This document shows, piece by piece, positions 35,895 to 44,310 of a DNA stretch of 64,000 nucleotides. Origin of the DNA: Gemmatimonadota bacterium (GTDB lineage: Bacteria; Gemmatimonadota; Gemmatimonadetes; Gemmatimonadales; Gemmatimonadaceae). How positions within the stretch are numbered: position 1 is the first letter of the stretch; each line of letters opens with the position of its first letter. The notes under the pieces were generated by a model. That model did no database searches, was not told where the DNA came from, and saw nothing but the letters and a program-made list of their open reading frames with translations. A program made the translations under genes and the position numbers. The stretch covers positions 57,975 through 121,974 of the forward strand of contig JAIOPJ010000020.1 of NCBI GenBank assembly GCA_021413975.1, read 5' to 3'.

Positions 35895-36617
35895 ATGCAC
35901 CGTCACCGCGCTCACCTGCTGGCTGCCCTCGCCCTCTCGCTCGTCACGCCCCTCGTCGCCGCCCAGGCGCAGACCGAGGAGTCGCGCGCCGTCACCGGCG
36001 GCGGCATCACCGCGCCCGGCTGGATGGGAGTGGTGGACGCGAACGAGGCCCGTCGCGGGGGCAAGATCACCGATGCCAAGCTCGCCACCATGACTGGCGG
36101 CCTGCACGTCACCACGGGTCCGGCGACGACCTACTGGAACTCGACGATGCACGGCATGGGCGACTACACCGTCCGCGCCACCTTCACCGAGCAGAAGTAC
36201 ATGGGGCTGAACGATCATCCGCACCCGTACGGCATCATGATCGCAGGCAACGGCCTCGACACCGAGAAGCCGGAGTTCCTGTACTGCGCCGCGTATGGCA
36301 ACGGCAACTTCATCTTCCGCGGCTTCTCGTCCACCGCCGAGCGCGGCACGTTCTCGATGACCACCGGCCGTGCCGGTGACGCCAACGCGGCGGTGCACAA
36401 GGCCGCGGCGAAGGACCAGCCGGTGACCCAGGAGATCGCGGTGCAGGTCAAGGGCGACAAGGTCTCGTGCATGATCAACGGCACCGAGGTCGCGAGCTAC
36501 GCCAAGAGCGCGCTCATCGGCGCCGGGAAGGTCCGGACGCTCGACGGCATGGTCGGCATCCGCTTCGGGCACAACACCGACGCGCACGTCTCCGGTTTCA
36601 CGATGACGCGCCCGTAG
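35895..36617 (+). CDS. Secreted protein, concanavalin-A-like/DUF1080-like jelly-roll (tentative)
   Basis: Frame of track ORF 35208..36617. ATG 35895 is preceded by CAGGAG and gives the signal MHRHRAHLLAALALSLVTPLVAAQAQ. The family call rests on overall resemblance only. Confidence 0.6.
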   Translation: MHRHRAHLLAALALSLVTPLVAAQAQTEESRAVTGGGITAPGWMGVVDANEARRGGKITDAKLATMTGGLHVTTGPATTYWNSTMHGMGDYTVRATFTEQKYMGLNDHPHPYGIMIAGNGLDTEKPEFLYCAAYGNGNFIFRGFSSTAERGTFSMTTGRAGDANAAVHKAAAKDQPVTQEIAVQVKGDKVSCMINGTEVASYAKSALIGAGKVRTLDGMVGIRFGHNTDAHVSGFTMTRP

Positions 36618-36637
36618 GACGCACCGCTCCGCCGCGC

Positions 36638-36666
36638 TTGAACGAGGACGCGCAGCGGCGTATACT
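36638..36666 (+). promoter_or_regulatory. Candidate sigma-70-type promoter of greA (TTGAAC-17 nt-TATACT)
   Basis: TTGAAC lies at 36638-36643 and TATACT at 36661-36666, with exactly 17-nt spacing. This is the best hexamer pair I saw in the window. Confidence 0.5.
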
Positions 36667-36691
36667 CTGGACAGATGCAGGACGCTCCCGG

Positions 36692-36727
36692 CGCCCGGCC
36701 ACCCACGGCCGGGCGTCGGATTTTTCT
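36692..36727 (+). terminator. Hairpin plus T-tract inside the greA 5' leader (attenuator/short leader RNA, or terminator of the upstream gene)
   Basis: CGCCCGGCC (36692-36700) pairs with GGCCGGGCG (36707-36715) and is followed by tcggATTTTTCT (T-run at 36721-36725). It ends 21 nt before the greA ATG (AGAGG SD at 36734). Confidence 0.55.
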
Positions 36728-36747
36728 ACCCCCAGAGGCACGCCGGC

Positions 36748-37221
36748 ATGATCGAGGCGCTCAAGCAGAAACTGACGGACGAGGCGGAGAAGCTCCGGTT
36801 CGAGCTCAACGTCACGCTCCCCAACGAGATCCGGAAGGCCGTCGAACTCGGCGACCTCCGCGAGAACTCGGAGTACAAGGCCGCCCTGGAGCGCCAGCAG
36901 TTCGTGCAGGCCCGCCTCGGTCAGCTCACCAAGCGCCTCTCCAAGCTCTCGTCGATCGACGAGTCGCAGATCGCCACCGACGCGGTGGGGATGGGGTCGA
37001 AGGTCACGGTCGAGGACACGCAGTCGAAGGAGCGCGAGAGGTACCACATGATCTTCGGCGACGCCGAGGACTTCGACGAGGGTCAGGTGACGATGTCGTC
37101 ACCGATCGGGCGCGCGCTGCTCGGCAAGAAGATCGGCGAACTGGTGCTGCTCAAGCTCCCGACCATCACGCGCAAGTTGAAGGTCGTCGCGCTGGTGACG
37201 ATCCACGACGAGCCGATCTGA
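36748..37221 (+). CDS. greA: Transcription elongation factor GreA
   Basis: Track ORF of 157 aa. It has an N-terminal coiled coil with DLRENSEYKAA and a C-terminal SPIGRALLGKKIGE. Confidence 0.95.
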   Translation: MIEALKQKLTDEAEKLRFELNVTLPNEIRKAVELGDLRENSEYKAALERQQFVQARLGQLTKRLSKLSSIDESQIATDAVGMGSKVTVEDTQSKERERYHMIFGDAEDFDEGQVTMSSPIGRALLGKKIGELVLLKLPTITRKLKVVALVTIHDEPI

Positions 37222-37231
37222 CGGAGGGTCG

Positions 37232-37837
37232 TCAGTTGCGCGGAGTGGCGCGGTTCGCCGCTTCCGCGCCCGGCGCCGGCTCCCCGAGCGCCGCCATGAG
37301 CGCCGCGTTGAGCGCGCCGTCCTCGGCCGTGATCGGTCCCACATGGCGCCACCGCAGCGTGCCGTCGCGGCCGATCAGGTAGCTCGCCGGCACCCCGAGC
37401 GCGAGGAATGTCGTGCTCACGCGATCGTCGGGATCGTACCAGATCGCATACGACGCCCCGAGCGCGCCCGCGTACTCGGCGACCTTCCCGCGATCCTCGT
37501 CGACGTCGATGCTCACCCCCGCCACCACGAGCCCCGCCGCCCCGTGCCGCTGGTGCAGCGTCTCGAGCGCGGGGATCTCCTGCCGGCATGGCTTGCACCA
37601 GGTCGCCCAGATGTTGAGCAGCACGACCTCGCCCTTGAGGTCGGCGAGTGCGATCGGGGTGCCGTCGGCCTTCTCGGCGGCGTAGCTCGGCGCCGGCGCG
37701 CCGACGGCGACCACGGCGCGCGGTGCGACCTCGCCGCCGCAGGAGGCGACGAGGAGAGCCACGCACATGAGGACGCTCACCGCGCGTACGGCACGCCCGC
37801 GGCCGCCCGCGGCCCGCTGCCGCACTCGTGCGATCAA
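37232..37837 (-). CDS. TlpA/ResA-family thiol-disulfide oxidoreductase lipoprotein
   Basis: C-terminal part of track ORF 37232..38311. The thioredoxin motif is WATWCKPCRQE and the lipobox is LLVASC. The TTG at 37837 overlaps the upstream stop (TTGA). GTG 37825 and later starts are also possible. Confidence 0.8.
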   Translation of the reverse strand: MIARVRQRAAGGRGRAVRAVSVLMCVALLVASCGGEVAPRAVVAVGAPAPSYAAEKADGTPIALADLKGEVVLLNIWATWCKPCRQEIPALETLHQRHGAAGLVVAGVSIDVDEDRGKVAEYAGALGASYAIWYDPDDRVSTTFLALGVPASYLIGRDGTLRWRHVGPITAEDGALNAALMAALGEPAPGAEAANRATPRN

Positions 37838-39108
37838 CGCATCTCCATGCGGATCCGCGCGAGTTCCACGCGGCTCGGCTTGCCCGGGATCGTCCACGCG
37901 ATGAGCACCCCATCCGCGGTGCGCGCCATGCGCGGGAACCCGCTCGACCGCGTCCCGCTCGACGGGCTCACCACGACATGCGGCTCCACCGTGCCGTCGC
38001 GCCGCACGATGCGCACGCGCACCTGCGCCGTGTCCCCGCCCACGCGTTCGATCCAGCTCACGAGCGCGGCCCCGCCGGTGATCATCTCCACATCCACGCG
38101 CCCGGTGGGTTGCCCGTCGTCGGCCCGGAGCGGCGCGCTGAAACTCGCTCCCGCATCGGTCGAGAAGACCACGTTCACCCGCGAGGTGTCCTGCGCCCCG
38201 GTGAACCAGACCGCCACGACCGTGTCCCCGATCGCCGACGTCGCCGGTCCGTTCACGGGGCAATAGTCGATCCTCCACCCGTCGCGGTGCAACGGCGCGG
38301 GCGCCGTCCACTCGCCGTTCACGCGACGCACCACCGACATGTCGCGGATCTCGTCATCGCTCCGGTCACGGTAGACCACGATCGGTCCCTGCGATGTCAT
38401 GGCGCTCGCGGTCTGGCAACAGTCGCAGGTGCGCGGGTCGAGGATCCGCGTCGCGGCGACGGCGCCATCGGTCCACTCGGCGAACCCGAGTTGCATCGCG
38501 CCACCGTGACCCTCGGCCGGTTCCTTGCCGGTGGCCGCCTTGATGGAGTCCTTCACGCGCGCGCCGTCCGTGCCATCGAGGAGCAGGATGCTCGCCCCTC
38601 CATTCCCGGTGGGGAGGATCGTCACGAAACCATGCTCGGCCGGGACTCCCGCCGCGTGCGGCAGCGCACTCGCGCCCCACGTCGCACCACCGTCGCGCGA
38701 CTCCGAGAGATGCACGTCGTAGGCGTAGCGGCCGTTGCCGCTGCGCTGCAGCCAATGCGCGAGCAGGCGGCCCTCGCCGAGGGGCACGACCGAAGGGAAA
38801 TCGGCCCAGTTCACGAACAGGTCGGTGCGCCGCACGATCTCGGTCGGCGTGGACCAGGTCGCCCCGTCCCCCGACAACGTCGCGAGCCTCAGTGCGACGC
38901 TCGAGTCGGCGTTGCGCTCGAGCCAGCTCAAGGTCATCGAACCGTCCGGTCCGCGGCCGACGAACGGCTCGGCGGCATCGGCACCGGCAGGGGAGGGGAC
39001 CGGCTCGACCACCAGCGTGGCGCGTTCGTTCGTGCAGCTCGCGGCGCCGGCGATGGTGAGGAGGACGGCGCCGAGCAGTGCGGTGGAGTGCGAGCGGGAG
39101 TGCGTCAT
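37834..39108 (-). CDS. BNR/sialidase-like beta-propeller lipoprotein
   Basis: Track ORF 37834..39240. ATG 39108 gives MTHSRSHSTALLGAVLLTIAGAASC. BNR-like motifs are SRDGGATW and STDAGASF. It has an unusual RTCDCCQ motif. Confidence 0.75.
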   Translation of the reverse strand: MTHSRSHSTALLGAVLLTIAGAASCTNERATLVVEPVPSPAGADAAEPFVGRGPDGSMTLSWLERNADSSVALRLATLSGDGATWSTPTEIVRRTDLFVNWADFPSVVPLGEGRLLAHWLQRSGNGRYAYDVHLSESRDGGATWGASALPHAAGVPAEHGFVTILPTGNGGASILLLDGTDGARVKDSIKAATGKEPAEGHGGAMQLGFAEWTDGAVAATRILDPRTCDCCQTASAMTSQGPIVVYRDRSDDEIRDMSVVRRVNGEWTAPAPLHRDGWRIDYCPVNGPATSAIGDTVVAVWFTGAQDTSRVNVVFSTDAGASFSAPLRADDGQPTGRVDVEMITGGAALVSWIERVGGDTAQVRVRIVRRDGTVEPHVVVSPSSGTRSSGFPRMARTADGVLIAWTIPGKPSRVELARIRMEMR

Positions 39109-39161
39109 GGGCGGCGTCGAGGGAGGCGAGTGCCGTAAGCTCGCGTGCCCGGCGGTGCCGG

Positions 39162-40685
39162 TCAACGAGTGACCGTGAAGATCCGGTGCACGTCGCGCTC
39201 GAACTCCTCGACCGCGTTCCGTACCCCTGCGTCGGTCCACCGCAGCAATGCGCCCATGCGCGCCGCCACACGCGGCGCGAGCGCGCGTCCGTTGTCCTTC
39301 CGGTCGAAGGCGAGCGTGGTGCGCCGGATGAGCACATCGCTCACCGTCTCTGCGAACTCGTGCCGCACCGCCTGGTCCACGTCCTGCTCGCGCCAGGGCA
39401 AGGCCTCGTCCAACCGCACGTCGCCCGGGGCGGTGGCGGCACGCTCACCGGGCAACGGCGCCCTCGCGGTATCGCACTTGCGCACCGCGCGACCCACGCG
39501 GCGCACGACCACATCGACGCACTGTTCCGCCATCGCACGGTAGGTGGTCAGCTTTCCACCGGTGATCGTCACGACGCCGGCAGCGGTCGTCGTGATCGCA
39601 TGCTCGCGGCTCGCCGACGAGGGATCGCCGACGTTCGTGCTCGCGACGAGCGGACGGATCCCCGCCCACGCACTCACCACGTCGTCCTCGGTGAGACGCG
39701 CCGCGGGGAAGAAGCGGTTGCACGCCGCGAGCAGGTAGCGCACATCACCGCTCGCCGCGCGCACCTCGTGCGGGTGCTCCGGCGTCGCGGTGTCGGTCGT
39801 GCCGATGATCGTGTGCGTCCCGGCCGGCAAGGCGAACATCACGCGTCCGTCGTCGGGCGAGAGCATCGTGACCGCGGACCGGTTGCCCACACGGGCGGCA
39901 GGCACCGCGATGTGCACGCCCTTGGTGCCGCGGACCGCCGGGCCGGTGGGTGTGCCCTCCATCCGCAGCACCTCATCGGTCCACGGCCCCGTCGCATTGA
40001 GCACCACGCGCGCCTGCACGCGGATCTCCGCGCCGCCGATCAGGTCGCGCACCAGTGCGCCGTCCACCGGCCCGTTCGCCGCGGCGCGCGTGAGCGCGAC
40101 GACCTCGGCGTGGTTCACCACCGTCGCGCTCACCTGCGCCGCATCGATCGCGTTGGCGAGGGTCAATCGCGAATCGTCGGTCGAGGCGTCCCAGTAGGCC
40201 GCCCCACCGCGCAGCCCGTCCGGCGCGAGTGCGGGCTCCGCCGCGAGCACGCCGTCGCGTCCCAGGCGATGGTGCCGCCCGACGTTCCGGAAGAGCGCGA
40301 GCGCGTCGTAGAGCGTGAGCGCCGCGGCGAGCTGCCAGCGCGGCACGCGAGCGCCCTGGTAGACGGGCCAGGTGAACTGCATGGGCCGCACGAGATGCGG
40401 CGCGAGCTCCAGCAACCGCCGCCGCTCGCGGCTCGCCTCGAACACGAGGTGCAGGTAGCCGTGCTCCAGGTACCGCACGCCCCCGTGGATGAGTCGCGAC
40501 GAGCGGCTCGACGTCCCGGCCGCGAAGTCCTCGCGCTCCACGAGTGCCACCGCCAGTCCCCGCCTCGCCGCGTCGCGCGCGATCCCCGCACCGGTGATCC
40601 CGCCGCCGACCACCAACAGGTCGAAGCGCCGGTCGCCGAGTTCCGAGAGGCGCTGGGCGCGCCGGGGGATGGAGGGAGTGCTCAC
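39162..40685 (-). CDS. glpD: FAD-dependent glycerol-3-phosphate dehydrogenase
   Basis: Track ORF of 507 aa. Motifs are FDLLVVGGGITGAGIARDAARRG and SSRSSRLIHGGVRYLE. Confidence 0.9.
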   Translation of the reverse strand: MSTPSIPRRAQRLSELGDRRFDLLVVGGGITGAGIARDAARRGLAVALVEREDFAAGTSSRSSRLIHGGVRYLEHGYLHLVFEASRERRRLLELAPHLVRPMQFTWPVYQGARVPRWQLAAALTLYDALALFRNVGRHHRLGRDGVLAAEPALAPDGLRGGAAYWDASTDDSRLTLANAIDAAQVSATVVNHAEVVALTRAAANGPVDGALVRDLIGGAEIRVQARVVLNATGPWTDEVLRMEGTPTGPAVRGTKGVHIAVPAARVGNRSAVTMLSPDDGRVMFALPAGTHTIIGTTDTATPEHPHEVRAASGDVRYLLAACNRFFPAARLTEDDVVSAWAGIRPLVASTNVGDPSSASREHAITTTAAGVVTITGGKLTTYRAMAEQCVDVVVRRVGRAVRKCDTARAPLPGERAATAPGDVRLDEALPWREQDVDQAVRHEFAETVSDVLIRRTTLAFDRKDNGRALAPRVAARMGALLRWTDAGVRNAVEEFERDVHRIFTVTR

Positions 40686-40759
40686 GCGGGGAGATTACCG
40701 CCCGGTGCCACGGGGCGCGAGGACTCTGCACTCCGCGGGGGACCCCCCTACCTTTAAGG

Positions 40760-42055
40760 ATGCCCATCTACGAGCCGGGGCGGCGCGTCGCGATCATCGC
40801 GGGCGTCCGCACCCCATTCGCCAAGGCCGGCACCACCCTTCGGGCACTCAGTGCGATCGAGCTCGGCAAGATCGCCGTGAGTGAGCTGGTGCACCGGACC
40901 GACCTCGATCCTGCCTCCGTCGACCTTTTGGTCTTCGGCACGGTCCTTCCCTCGGTGCTCGCGCCCAACATCGCCCGCGAGATCGCCCTCATGCCGCTGC
41001 TGCCCAAACGCCTCGACGCCTACAGCGTCTCGCGCGCCTGCGCCTCGGCCAACCAGGCGATCACCGACGCCGCCGACCAGATCGCGCTCGGGCATGCGCA
41101 CGTCGCGATCGCCGGCGGCGCCGAGTCGCTGTCGAACGTGCCGATCCTCCACTCGCGCGGCTTCTCCGATGCGCTCGTCGCCGCGAGCAAGGCCAAGACG
41201 CTCTCGGCGCGGGTGCAGGCCTTCGCCGGGATCCGCGCCAAGGACTTCATCCCGATCACGCCGGCCATCGCCGAACCGACGACCGGTGAGTCGATGGGCC
41301 AGTCGGCCGAGAAGATGGCGAAGCTCAATGGCGTCACGCGCGGCGAGCAGGACGCGCTCGCGCTCGCGTCGCACCTCAACGCCGCCAAGGGCACCGCCGA
41401 CGGCCGCCTCATCGCCGAGATCGTGCCGGTGATGGTCCCGCCCCGGTTCGAGACGGCGATGACGAGCGACAACGGCATCCGCCCCGACACCACGGCCGAG
41501 GCGCTCGCGGCGCTCAAGCCGGTGTTCGACCGTCGCTATGGCTCGGTGACCGCGGGCAATGCGTCGCCGCTCACCGACGGCGGCGCGGCGGTGCTCCTCA
41601 TGAGCGAGGAGGCGGCCAAGGCCGCCGGACTCAAGCCCAAGGCGTACATCCGCGGCTATGCGTATGCCGCGCTCGATCCGGGCGAACAGTTGCTGCAGGG
41701 CCCGGTGCTCGCCGCGCCGGTCGCGCTCAAGCGCGCCGGCCTCACGCTCAAGGACATGGACCTGGTCGAGATGCACGAGGCGTTCGCGGCGCAGGTGCTG
41801 AGCAATCTCCGCGGCTTCGAGTCGCAGTACTGGGCCGAACGCGCGGGCTTCTCGGCGCCGGCGGGTGCGGTCGATCACTCGAGGCTCAACGTGATGGGCG
41901 GGTCGATCTCGATCGGGCATCCGTTCGGTGCCACCGGCGCGCGCGTCACCACGACGCTCGTCAACGAGCTCGAACGCCGTGGCGGACAGTTCGGCCTGAT
42001 GACCGTCTGCGCGGCCGGCGGGCTCGGCTTCGCGATGGTGGTGGAGCGCGCATGA
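40760..42055 (+). CDS. fadI: Acetyl-CoA C-acyltransferase (3-ketoacyl-CoA thiolase, FadI-type)
   Basis: Track ORF of 431 aa. Motifs are AIIAGVRTPFAKAG, YSVSRACASANQAI and GGSISIGHPFGATGAR...CAAGGLG. It resembles E. coli FadI closely along its length. Confidence 0.9.
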   Translation: MPIYEPGRRVAIIAGVRTPFAKAGTTLRALSAIELGKIAVSELVHRTDLDPASVDLLVFGTVLPSVLAPNIAREIALMPLLPKRLDAYSVSRACASANQAITDAADQIALGHAHVAIAGGAESLSNVPILHSRGFSDALVAASKAKTLSARVQAFAGIRAKDFIPITPAIAEPTTGESMGQSAEKMAKLNGVTRGEQDALALASHLNAAKGTADGRLIAEIVPVMVPPRFETAMTSDNGIRPDTTAEALAALKPVFDRRYGSVTAGNASPLTDGGAAVLLMSEEAAKAAGLKPKAYIRGYAYAALDPGEQLLQGPVLAAPVALKRAGLTLKDMDLVEMHEAFAAQVLSNLRGFESQYWAERAGFSAPAGAVDHSRLNVMGGSISIGHPFGATGARVTTTLVNELERRGGQFGLMTVCAAGGLGFAMVVERA

Positions 42056-44214
42056 GCACCCGCCCCGCAGTCACGCTCGAGGTCGTGGACGGCATCGCCG
42101 TCCTCACCTTCGACCTCCCCGGCGAGTCGGTCAACAAGTTCTCGCCGGCCGTGATCGACGAGTTCACGGCGCACATCGACCGGATCGAGAAGGACACGTC
42201 GATCCGCGGCGCGGTGCTCATCTCCGGCATCAAGGGCAACTTCGTCGCCGGGGCGGACATCGATCAGTTCCTCGGGTTCCGCACCGCCGCCGACGCCGCC
42301 ACGGCGAGCGCCTTCGGCCACGCGATGTTCCACCGGATCGAGAAGGGGCGTGTCCCGGTCGTCGTCGCGGTCGACGGCGCCTGTCTGGGTGGCGGACTCG
42401 AGTTCGCGCTCGCCTGCGCTTATCGCATCGCCGCGGATTCGCCCAAGACCGTCTTCGCCCTGCCCGAGGTGAAGATCGGCCTCATCCCCGGCGCCGGCGG
42501 CACGCAACGCCTGCCCAAGCGCGTCGGCCTGCAGGCGGCGCTCGACATGATCCTCACCGGCAAGAACGTGCGCGCGAAGAAGGCGCTGCAGATCGGACTC
42601 GTGGACGAGATGGTGCACCCGAGCATCCTGCGTGCGATCGCGATCGAGCGCGCCAAGGATCTCGCCGCCGGCACCATCGCCCGGCAGCGGGACAGCCGCA
42701 CGCACGGCGCCAAGGAGATCCTGCTCGACGACAACATGCTCGGCCGCGCCGTGGTCTTCCGGCAGGCGCGCGAGCAGACGCTCAAGAAGTCGGGAGGCCA
42801 CTACCCGGCGCTCATGGCGGCGATCGAGGCCGTGAGTGCCGGATACTCCGCCGCGTCGGAGGCCCATGGCTACGCCGAGGAGGCGAGACTCTTCGGCGAG
42901 ATGGCCATGACGCCCGTCTGCAAGCAGTTGATGTTCCTCTTCTACGCCACCACGGCGCTCAAGAAGGACAGCGGTGTGGCGCCGGGCACCAAGGCGCTCG
43001 ACGTGTCGCGCATCGGCGTGCTGGGCACCGGCTTCATGGGCGCGGGCATCGCCGCCGTGAGCGTGATGCAAGGGGTGCCGGTGCGGTTCAAGGACACCGC
43101 CGCCGACCGCGTGGCCAAGGGCGTGGCCGCGGTGCGCGACGTGATCCGCGACGGCCTCACCAAGCGCCGCATCACGCGCCAGCAGTTCGACGACCAGGTG
43201 GGTCTCGTCTCCGGGACCGTGGGATACACCGGCTTCGGCCGCGTGCCGCTCGTGATCGAGGCGGTCTTCGAGGATCTCGCGGTGAAGCACGCGGTGCTCA
43301 AGGAGGCCGAAGCGGTCCTCGCACCGACCGCCATCTTCGCGACGAACACGAGCACCATCCCGATCGCCAAGGTCGCGGCCGCGAGCAAGCGTCCCGAGCG
43401 CGTGATCGGCATGCACTTCTTCTCGCCCGTGCACAAGATGCCGCTGCTCGAGGTCATCGTGACGCCGCAGACGGCGCCCGAGGTGACCGCGACGGTCGTC
43501 GAGTACGGCCGCAGGATCGGCAAGACGGTGATCATCGTGAACGACGCACCGGGATTCTACGTGAACCGGATCCTCGCGCCGTACGTGAACGAGGCCGGCA
43601 AGCTGCTCGACGAGGGCATCGCGATCGACGCGATCGACCAGGCGATGTACCGGTTCGGCTTCCCCGTGGGGCCGATCAACCTGATCGACGAGGTCGGGCT
43701 GGACGTCGCCGGCAAGTCCGGTGCGATCATGGCCGAGGCGTTCGGCGGCCGCATGCGGCCGAGCGAGGCGCTGCAGAAGGTGCTCGGCGCGGGCCGGCTC
43801 GGTCGCAAGGGGAAGAAGGGCTTCTACGCCTACGACGAGGAGGGCAAGAAGGACGGCGTGGACGAGAGCGTGTATGCGCTCTACGCGGGTGGCGCGAAGC
43901 GCCGCGAGATCCCGCGCGAGGAGATCCAGCAGCGCCTCTCGCTCGCCATGTGCAACGAAGCCGCGCGCTGCCTCGAAGAGGGCATCATCCGGTCGGCACG
44001 GGATGGCGACATCGGGGCGGTCTTCGGGATCGGATTCCCGCCGTTCCGCGGCGGACCCTTCCGGTACATCGACTCGGTGGGCGTCGCCGAGGTCGTGAAG
44101 CAGCTCGAGGCGCTCGACGCGCAGCAACCGGGGCAGTTCGTGCCGGCGGCGATCCTCCGGGAGATGGCGAAGACGAACGGGACGTTCTATCCACTCACGG
44201 GGAAGCCGGTATGA
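42052..44214 (+). CDS. fadJ: Fatty-acid oxidation complex alpha subunit (enoyl-CoA hydratase/3-hydroxyacyl-CoA dehydrogenase, FadJ-type)
   Basis: Track ORF of 720 aa that overlaps the fadI stop. It has an N-terminal crotonase domain, a Rossmann motif VLGTGFMGAGIA, and HFFSPVHKMPLLE. Confidence 0.9.
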   Translation: MSTRPAVTLEVVDGIAVLTFDLPGESVNKFSPAVIDEFTAHIDRIEKDTSIRGAVLISGIKGNFVAGADIDQFLGFRTAADAATASAFGHAMFHRIEKGRVPVVVAVDGACLGGGLEFALACAYRIAADSPKTVFALPEVKIGLIPGAGGTQRLPKRVGLQAALDMILTGKNVRAKKALQIGLVDEMVHPSILRAIAIERAKDLAAGTIARQRDSRTHGAKEILLDDNMLGRAVVFRQAREQTLKKSGGHYPALMAAIEAVSAGYSAASEAHGYAEEARLFGEMAMTPVCKQLMFLFYATTALKKDSGVAPGTKALDVSRIGVLGTGFMGAGIAAVSVMQGVPVRFKDTAADRVAKGVAAVRDVIRDGLTKRRITRQQFDDQVGLVSGTVGYTGFGRVPLVIEAVFEDLAVKHAVLKEAEAVLAPTAIFATNTSTIPIAKVAAASKRPERVIGMHFFSPVHKMPLLEVIVTPQTAPEVTATVVEYGRRIGKTVIIVNDAPGFYVNRILAPYVNEAGKLLDEGIAIDAIDQAMYRFGFPVGPINLIDEVGLDVAGKSGAIMAEAFGGRMRPSEALQKVLGAGRLGRKGKKGFYAYDEEGKKDGVDESVYALYAGGAKRREIPREEIQQRLSLAMCNEAARCLEEGIIRSARDGDIGAVFGIGFPPFRGGPFRYIDSVGVAEVVKQLEALDAQQPGQFVPAAILREMAKTNGTFYPLTGKPV

Positions 44215-44220
44215 ACAGAG

Positions 44221-44310
44221 GACGAAGGCCGAAGGATGAAGGACGGAAGATGAAGCGGAGCGCCATCGCCGTAGCGGTCGCGTTCTCCTTCATCCTACAT
44301 CCTTCAGCCT
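44221..44310 (+). repeat. TGAAGGN heptad element d, spanning the M14 peptidase start codon, with an inverted partial copy inside the signal-peptide codons
   Basis: The sequence is gacGAAGGccGAAGGATGAAGGAcgGAAGATGAAGcgg ... TCCTTCATCCtacaTCCTTCAGCC. GGATGAAGGA (44234-44243) is the reverse complement of TCCTTCATCC (44286-44295). The mini-frame ATG AAG GAC GGA AGA TGA (44236-44253) has a stop that overlaps ATG 44250. Confidence 0.55.

Noticed and set aside
37218-37235. 6-bp hairpin CTGACG/CGTCAG containing both the greA and TlpA stop codons
   Set aside because: The stem is too short and AT-poor flanks give no U-tract. It is probably a coincidence of two facing TGA codons rather than a functional terminator.
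41875-44127. 750-aa minus-strand ORF
   Set aside because: It is antisense to fadJ, which has clear crotonase and HACD motifs. It is a shadow ORF with Arg/Asp/His-rich composition.
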